From the NCBI GenBank assembly GCA_963674625.2, contig CAXXXO010000001.1, forward strand, positions 332,739 through 356,738: 24,000 nucleotides of DNA, given 5' to 3'. The translations under genes were made by a program, and so were the position numbers. Of this stretch, positions 17,082-24,000 are shown piece after piece (position 1 is the first letter of the stretch; each line of letters starts with the position of its first letter). The notes under the pieces were generated by a model that was given only the letters and a program-made list of their open reading frames with translations, did not search any database and was not told the origin of the DNA. This DNA is from Aminobacteriaceae bacterium. GTDB taxonomy: Bacteria; Synergistota; Synergistia; Synergistales; Aminobacteriaceae.

Positions 17082-17429
17082 ATGGATGTCATCAGTCTTG
17101 TGGAAAAAAAGTATCTGAAAGATGAGATCCCCGCCTTTCGGGCCGGAGACACCGTCCGGGTGCACGTAAAGGTCAGGGAGGGAACCCGGGAGCGCATCCA
17201 GGTGTTCGAGGGAGTCGTGATCGCCCGGAAGCACGGGGGACTGAGCGAGACCTTCACCGTGCGGAAGATCTCCAGCGGTGTGGGCGTCGAGCGGGTCTTT
17301 CCCCTTCACTGCCCGTCGATCAGGGAGATCGAGGTCAAGCGCCTGGGCAAGGTGCGCCGGGCGAAGCTGTACTACCTGCGCAAGAGAAGCGGCAAGTCGG
17401 CCAGAATCAAAGAAAGAAGAGAATTTTAG
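17082..17429 (+). CDS. rplS: 50S ribosomal protein L19
   Basis: [47 protein letters not shown] supports the call. GGAGGA lies upstream of the ATG. Confidence 0.95.
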   Translation: MDVISLVEKKYLKDEIPAFRAGDTVRVHVKVREGTRERIQVFEGVVIARKHGGLSETFTVRKISSGVGVERVFPLHCPSIREIEVKRLGKVRRAKLYYLRKRSGKSARIKERREF

Positions 17430-17450
17430 CTTTTCTCCTCTTTCCGGCTC

Positions 17451-17479
17451 TTGACTCTCCGGGAGCGCGAGATTATAAT
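17451..17479 (+). promoter_or_regulatory. near-consensus sigma70 promoter for tRNA-Leu
   Basis: TTGACT (17451-17456), a 17-nt spacer, then TATAAT (17474-17479), ending 13 nt before the tRNA 5' end. Confidence 0.65.
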
Positions 17480-17491
17480 ATCCGACGTTGT

Positions 17492-17578
17492 GCGGGGGTG
17501 GCGGAACTGGTAGACGCGCAAGGCTAAGGACCTTGTGGCCGCAAAGCTGTGGGAGTTCGAGTCTCCCCCTCCGCACCA
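17492..17578 (+). tRNA. tRNA-Leu (class II, long variable arm), anticodon reads AAG, CCA encoded
   Basis: Hand fold: the acceptor pairs GCGGGGG with CCTCCGC (one G-U). The D-arm GTGGCGGAACTGGTAGACGCGC is nearly identical to E. coli tRNA-Leu. The anticodon stem pairs CAAGG with CCTTG (17519-23 and 17531-35) around the loop CTAAGGA, placing positions 34-36 at 17526-17528 = AAG. The T-arm is GGGAG TTCGAGT CTCCC. Confidence 0.9.
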
Positions 17579-17589
17579 TCTGAAAACAA

Positions 17590-17620
17590 GGCTCTCTCCG
17601 AACGGAGAGGGCCTTTTTTT
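17590..17620 (+). terminator. intrinsic terminator after tRNA-Leu
   Basis: The stem pairs ggctctctcc with ggagagggcc (one G-U) around a gaac loop. A T7 run follows. Confidence 0.8.
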
Positions 17621-17826
17621 GATCCCCCTGATGCCGGGAAGAACTCGGGACAGCGGGCAAAAAATTATGAGGAAATCAGGGCAAGCGGGCTTTCCCATTG
17701 CCCGTCTTTTTTGATACACTTCTATTCACGAGTACCGGCGAGAGCGAAATAAGTTTCCTGAACAGCCGGCAGGCCGCCGCAAGCCCTTCCTCCCTTCAGC
17801 GGGAAGGGGTGTGAGGAGGAAGCATA

Positions 17827-19590
17827 ATGGAAAACACCGCTTTTTTCCCAGGAGAAGGGACAATCAGCTTCCGGGGAGACTGCCCGGAGGCTTTCGGACT
17901 TTCCGCCGCAGAGCCGTCCCTTTCTTCCGCCCTGGGGGCGCTTTCCTGCCATGGCCGTCCAGATACGGTCTTTCTCTCGGCGAAGAACAAAAGGGCAGCT
18001 TCTGCCCTCCTTGAGGAAGCAATGGACGAGAAAATTCCCTGGGTGGTCCTCGGAAGAGGCTGGCCGAGAATTCCTCCTGCCGCAATCCTGGCGGAAGCCC
18101 GGAAAAGTGGAGTCCGTATCATCGGACCCCGCAGCGAAGGGATCCTGACCCCGGCCCTTTCGGAGGGAAGAGGAAACACCGTTTTTCTCGCCGGAGGAGG
18201 AAGTCTTTTTCTTCGGACCATGGCCATGGCAAGAAGCCGGAATATCTCCTTTCTCTACGCCATTTCCTTCGGCGCACTGTGGGACTATTCGCCCCTCGAG
18301 GCGGCCGGGACGATCCTTGCCCTGGACAGCCGGGCTTCCCTTTTTGTTTTTTTGCTTGAAAAACTGGAAAAGGGGCGGGATCTGCTGAATTTTGCCGCCC
18401 TGGCCTCCCGGAAAGGGAAACGGACCGCCCTGCTGACTCTTTCCCGCGACGAGGATGACGTGAGGCTGGAGAAAGCTGCCTTCATGCAGTATGGAATCAC
18501 CCTTCTCTCCGAACCGGGAGAAATAGTGGACGGCGCAGTCGCTTTTTCCCTTTCCCTTCGTCTTCGGGGGAAAAAACTCTTTTTTCTTTCTTCCGACAGG
18601 GAAAGATGCGCTCTCCTCCGGCAGAGAACCCGGGACGCGGAGCTCGAGGAGGCCGAGGAGAGAGAGGGAGGGATTGCTCTCGCCTTTCTCGAAGAGCATC
18701 CCCTTCAGGCAGGGGAGAAAAATGGGAAGAATTCTGAAGAACGGGACAAAACCGTGCTTTTCACATCCTTTGAAGATTCACCCGCCCTTGAAAAACGGGC
18801 TGCCGATCGTTCTCTTCCTTTCATCCCGGGAGTGGGGCGGACCTTGGCCGCTCTGAAGCTGGCTGCCCTGCCCGGGGAGGATCTTCTGAAAGACGATGGG
18901 AAAAAGACGGACGTATCGAAATGTCCCCTTCCGGCAGAGCCGACGGAGTACGACGCCAAGATCTTTCTCGGCCGCTACGGAATTCCCGTGGCGAGGGAGC
19001 GCCTCTGCAGCTCTCTTCCCGAGGCGGCGGCCGCCGCCGAGGAAATAGGGTATCCCGTGGCCATGAAAGTCATGTCCCCCTCGATACTGCACAAAACCGA
19101 GGCGCGGGTGATTGCCCTGAACCTGCAGGACGAAGAGGAACTGAAAAACGCCTACGGCAGAACCCTCGAGAAAGCCCGCCTTGCAGACGCGAAGGCCAGG
19201 ATCCGGGGAGTTCTCATCCAGGAGATGATCCGGGGCGGAACGGAGTGGCGCATAGAACTCCGCCGGGACAAACGCTTCGGCCCCGTAGTGGAGATGGGGA
19301 TCGCTGGAGTCTACCGGGAGATTCTTCCCGACGGAGTGCTTCGGGTGGCGCCCTTCGACGAAGCCGAGGCTTTGTGCATGATCCGCGAGTCCCGGGGGTA
19401 CCCCCTGCTTGAGGAAGGATGGCGGCGGGAGCGCCTTGACATAAAGGCCTTTGCAGGGGCCCTCTCCGCTTTTTCCCGGCTTGCGTGGTGCGAGGACGAA
19501 GTCCGGCGGCTCGACGTCAACCCCCTTTTCGTCAACATCAGGGGTGTCCTCGTCGTGGACGCGTTTATGGAAAAAAGAGGAAAGAGATGA
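17827..19590 (+). CDS. ADP-forming acyl-CoA synthetase (ACD)-like protein: degenerate ligase-CoA region + ATP-grasp domain
   Basis: The C-terminus matches an ATP-grasp_5-like pattern (EYDAKIFLGRYGIPVARE...IGYPVAMKVMSPSILHKTEA...VLIQEMIRGGTEWRIELRRDKRFGPVV). The N-terminus matches the ACD alpha middle part (GVRIIGPRSEGILTP, ISFLYAISFG, LFVFLLEKLEKGRD). GAGGAGGAAG lies upstream of the ATG. Confidence 0.7.
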   Translation: MENTAFFPGEGTISFRGDCPEAFGLSAAEPSLSSALGALSCHGRPDTVFLSAKNKRAASALLEEAMDEKIPWVVLGRGWPRIPPAAILAEARKSGVRIIGPRSEGILTPALSEGRGNTVFLAGGGSLFLRTMAMARSRNISFLYAISFGALWDYSPLEAAGTILALDSRASLFVFLLEKLEKGRDLLNFAALASRKGKRTALLTLSRDEDDVRLEKAAFMQYGITLLSEPGEIVDGAVAFSLSLRLRGKKLFFLSSDRERCALLRQRTRDAELEEAEEREGGIALAFLEEHPLQAGEKNGKNSEERDKTVLFTSFEDSPALEKRAADRSLPFIPGVGRTLAALKLAALPGEDLLKDDGKKTDVSKCPLPAEPTEYDAKIFLGRYGIPVARERLCSSLPEAAAAAEEIGYPVAMKVMSPSILHKTEARVIALNLQDEEELKNAYGRTLEKARLADAKARIRGVLIQEMIRGGTEWRIELRRDKRFGPVVEMGIAGVYREILPDGVLRVAPFDEAEALCMIRESRGYPLLEEGWRRERLDIKAFAGALSAFSRLAWCEDEVRRLDVNPLFVNIRGVLVVDAFMEKRGKR

Positions 19591-20192
19591 CGGGGTTTCT
19601 GTGGATCCTTCTGGGCTATCTTCTGGGTTCCTTTCCCACGGGATATCTGGCCGCAAAAGTCGTGAAGGGCGTGGACATCAGGACGGTCGGGTCCGGAAAC
19701 GTGGGGTCGACCAATGTCGGGCGGCTGATGGGGAAAAAATGGGCCGTGGCGGTCACCCTCGTGGATATGATAAAGGGGGCGGCGGGGCTTCTTCTGGCGA
19801 AAAGCGCAGGCGTTGCGGATCCGCGGATTCTCGCCTTGACCGCTTTTGCAGGGGTGTGCGGGCATAATTTTCCTCTCTGGCTCGGTTTCCGGGGCGGCAA
19901 GGGCGTCTCGTCGTCCTATGGAGTCGCTTTCTTCCTGTACCCTCCTTTTTCCTTTGCCCTTGCCCCTGCCGGCGGGCTTCTCTGGCTGCTGCTGCTCAAG
20001 ACGAAGGGGTATGTCTCCCTTGCCTCTCTCCTCTCGCTCTGGAGTCTTCCGTTTTTTGCCCTGATTATGAAATTTCCTTCCCCCTATATCCTCCTTCTCG
20101 CCTCCCTCGCTCTTCTCTCCACCCTTCGCCACGGGGAGAATATCCGGAGGCTCCGGGAGGGAAAAGAGTCCCGGGTCGGACGGCCGAAATAG
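19587..20192 (+). CDS. plsY: glycerol-3-phosphate acyltransferase PlsY
   Basis: Supporting motifs are LGYLLGSFPTGYL, GSGNVGSTNVGR and GHNFPLWLGFRGGKGV. ATG 19587 overlaps the upstream stop (ATGA). The ORF-track start at 19485 is rejected. Confidence 0.9.
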   Translation: MTGFLWILLGYLLGSFPTGYLAAKVVKGVDIRTVGSGNVGSTNVGRLMGKKWAVAVTLVDMIKGAAGLLLAKSAGVADPRILALTAFAGVCGHNFPLWLGFRGGKGVSSSYGVAFFLYPPFSFALAPAGGLLWLLLLKTKGYVSLASLLSLWSLPFFALIMKFPSPYILLLASLALLSTLRHGENIRRLREGKESRVGRPK

Positions 20193-20273
20193 CTGATTCT
20201 TTCCACCGGACAGGCTTCTCACAAACAGTCTGCCCGCCTCTGCCTCCGCAAAAATACCGTATTTTCCTCTCTT

Positions 20274-20303
20274 ATTGACTAATGCTGACCAATACCGTAG
20301 AAT
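20274..20303 (+). promoter_or_regulatory. ctsR-clpC promoter with overlapping CtsR-box-like operator
   Basis: TTGACT (20275-20280), a 17-nt spacer, then TAGAAT (20298-20303). The reverse complement of 20274-20290 reads GGTCAgc att AGTCAAt, compared with the CtsR consensus (A/G)GTCAAA NAN (A/G)GTCAAA. Confidence 0.55.
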
Positions 20304-20336
20304 GGGCGGTGAAATCTGCTCTTTGGAGGGAACCGC

Positions 20337-20816
20337 ATGGCAAGTCTGACCCGAGTCATCGAGACGTACATCAACAATCTTTTTTCCGAGGTGGACGAAC
20401 AGTCCGTATCTCTTCGAAGAAAGGAGCTGGCCGAGATATTCGGGTGCGTGCCCAGTCAGATCAACTACGTTCTCCGCAGCCGGTTCACCCCCGAAAGGGG
20501 ATACCTTGTGGAAAGCCAGCGGGGCGGCCACGGCTACATACGAATTTTGCGCATCTGCTACGACATGCCCCAGGACAGGATCAACCATATCGACGAACTC
20601 ATCGGGGACGCGATTACCGACCAGGAAGCCCGGCGCCTTCTCGTCTCCCTTCAGGAACGGGGAATGATCGATGCCCGGGAGCGCATACTCATCGAAGTGG
20701 CACTGAGACATGCGGAGGAACTCGGAAGCACGGAGTTCGATATTTCACCCTACCGGCGGAATGCCATTTCGGCCGAGCTGCTGAAGAGAATGATGCGCAG
20801 CCTGGCCCTGGCGTAA
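20337..20816 (+). CDS. ctsR: class III stress gene repressor CtsR
   Basis: MASLTRVIETYINNLFSEVDEQSVSLRRKELAEIFGCVPSQINYVLRSRFTPERGYLVESQRGGHGYIRI matches the CtsR winged-HTH and Gly-rich loop. It lies directly upstream of clpC. Confidence 0.9.
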   Translation: MASLTRVIETYINNLFSEVDEQSVSLRRKELAEIFGCVPSQINYVLRSRFTPERGYLVESQRGGHGYIRILRICYDMPQDRINHIDELIGDAITDQEARRLLVSLQERGMIDARERILIEVALRHAEELGSTEFDISPYRRNAISAELLKRMMRSLALA

Positions 20817-20862
20817 GCCTCAATCAATTTCTTTATTGATGCCAAGCAAAGGATGATGAATA

Positions 20863-23352
<2,490 letters not shown>

Positions 23353-23376
23353 GGCTCAAACCGAAGGAGGAACACC

Positions 23377-24000
23377 ATGAACGGTTCGTCTCTCTGGTTC
23401 TATTTCCTGTTGCTCTTCTTCATCTTTCCCCAGATTCGGCAGCAGGTACTGCGCTTTAGGAGGGTTGCCGCCCTCCGAAACTGCGAAAAACACAGGGGGA
23501 CGCGGATCATCACCCTCATCCACAGGCAGGAGAGCATGGGGTTCTGGGGGATGTTCTCCCGAAACTACATCAACATCGAAGATTCCGAGGAGGTGCTGCG
23601 GGCCATCCGCCTCACCTCCGAGGATACCCCCATAGATCTCATTATCCATACTCCTGGGGGGCTTCTTCTTGCGGCGGAGCAGATCGCAAGAGCGCTGAAG
23701 CGGCATCAGGCAAAGGTTACCGTGGTCGTTCCCCATTACGCCATGTCCGGCGGAACCCTTATCGCTCTCGCTGCTGACGAAATCCTTATGGACAAGCATG
23801 CCGTCCTCGGACCGGTGGACCCCCAGATCGGCCAGTATCCTGCGGCCTCCATTCTCAGGGCAGTCGAGCAGAAATCGAAGGACGAGGTGGACGACGAGAC
23901 GCTCATCTTCGCCGATATGGGCAGCAAGGCCATCCGGCAGACCAGGGAAGTCGTTTTCGAACTCGTGAAGGACCGCATGGGGGATGAGAAAGCCGCGGTC
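23377..24000 (+). CDS. SDH-family ClpP-fold serine protease, membrane-anchored (3' end off window)
   Basis: My own translation starts at ATG 23377, with GAAGGAGG upstream. It reads MNGSSLWFYFLLLFFIFPQI (a TM helix), then IDLIIHTPGGLLLAAEQIA, VPHYAMSGGTLIALAADEILM and LGPVDPQIG. The frame is open to the window end. Confidence 0.75.
   Translation, partial: MNGSSLWFYFLLLFFIFPQIRQQVLRFRRVAALRNCEKHRGTRIITLIHRQESMGFWGMFSRNYINIEDSEEVLRAIRLTSEDTPIDLIIHTPGGLLLAAEQIARALKRHQAKVTVVVPHYAMSGGTLIALAADEILMDKHAVLGPVDPQIGQYPAASILRAVEQKSKDEVDDETLIFADMGSKAIRQTREVVFELVKDRMGDEKAAV

Noticed and set aside
19311-20711. A 466-codon minus-strand ORF spans the ACD-like 3' end, plsY, the ctsR promoter and most of ctsR.
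   Set aside because: It crosses three well-supported plus-strand genes and an intergenic promoter. Its sequence is low-complexity and Arg/Pro/Gly/Lys-rich.
20822-20850. A short AT-rich inverted repeat (atcaat ttcttt attgat) between ctsR and clpC, considered as a second CtsR box or attenuator.
   Set aside because: It does not match the GGTCAAA heptad repeat. The 6-bp A/T stem is too weak for a terminator.

Overview
This is a bacterial window with two compositional parts. Positions 1 to about 6100 form a visibly lower-G+C accessory block. It holds a secreted MORN-repeat protein, a heavily decayed IS3-family transposase, a fossil plus an intact CPBP/Abi-type membrane protease, and an orphan 562-aa protein with a five-glycine GxxxG zipper. 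About 1.2 kb of AT-rich DNA with no convincing gene follows. Positions about 6100-24000 are higher-G+C core genome. They carry an RpiR regulator, a translationally coupled XRE-ImmA-radical SAM operon, and LysR plus a YbaK-type deacylase. Next is a minus-strand trio of LUD-domain protein, atypical asparaginase homolog and PPC/DUF296 protein. Then comes the conserved ylxM-ffh-rpsP-KH-rimM-trmD-rplS cluster, in which ffh is split by a 1-nt frame change and trmD is fused to a second SPOUT-like domain. The window ends with a tRNA-Leu whose anticodon reads AAG, an ACD-like ATP-grasp protein lacking the catalytic His loop, plsY, ctsR-clpC and a partial SDH/ClpP-fold protease. Gene content and order look Firmicutes- or Synergistota-like, but the taxon cannot be fixed from this window. 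I saw no CRISPR array, rRNA or intact mobile element. The best candidates for something undescribed are the orphan glycine-zipper protein convergent with the CPBP protease, and the XRE-ImmA-radical SAM operon. All family assignments come from motif recognition by eye, not database searches.
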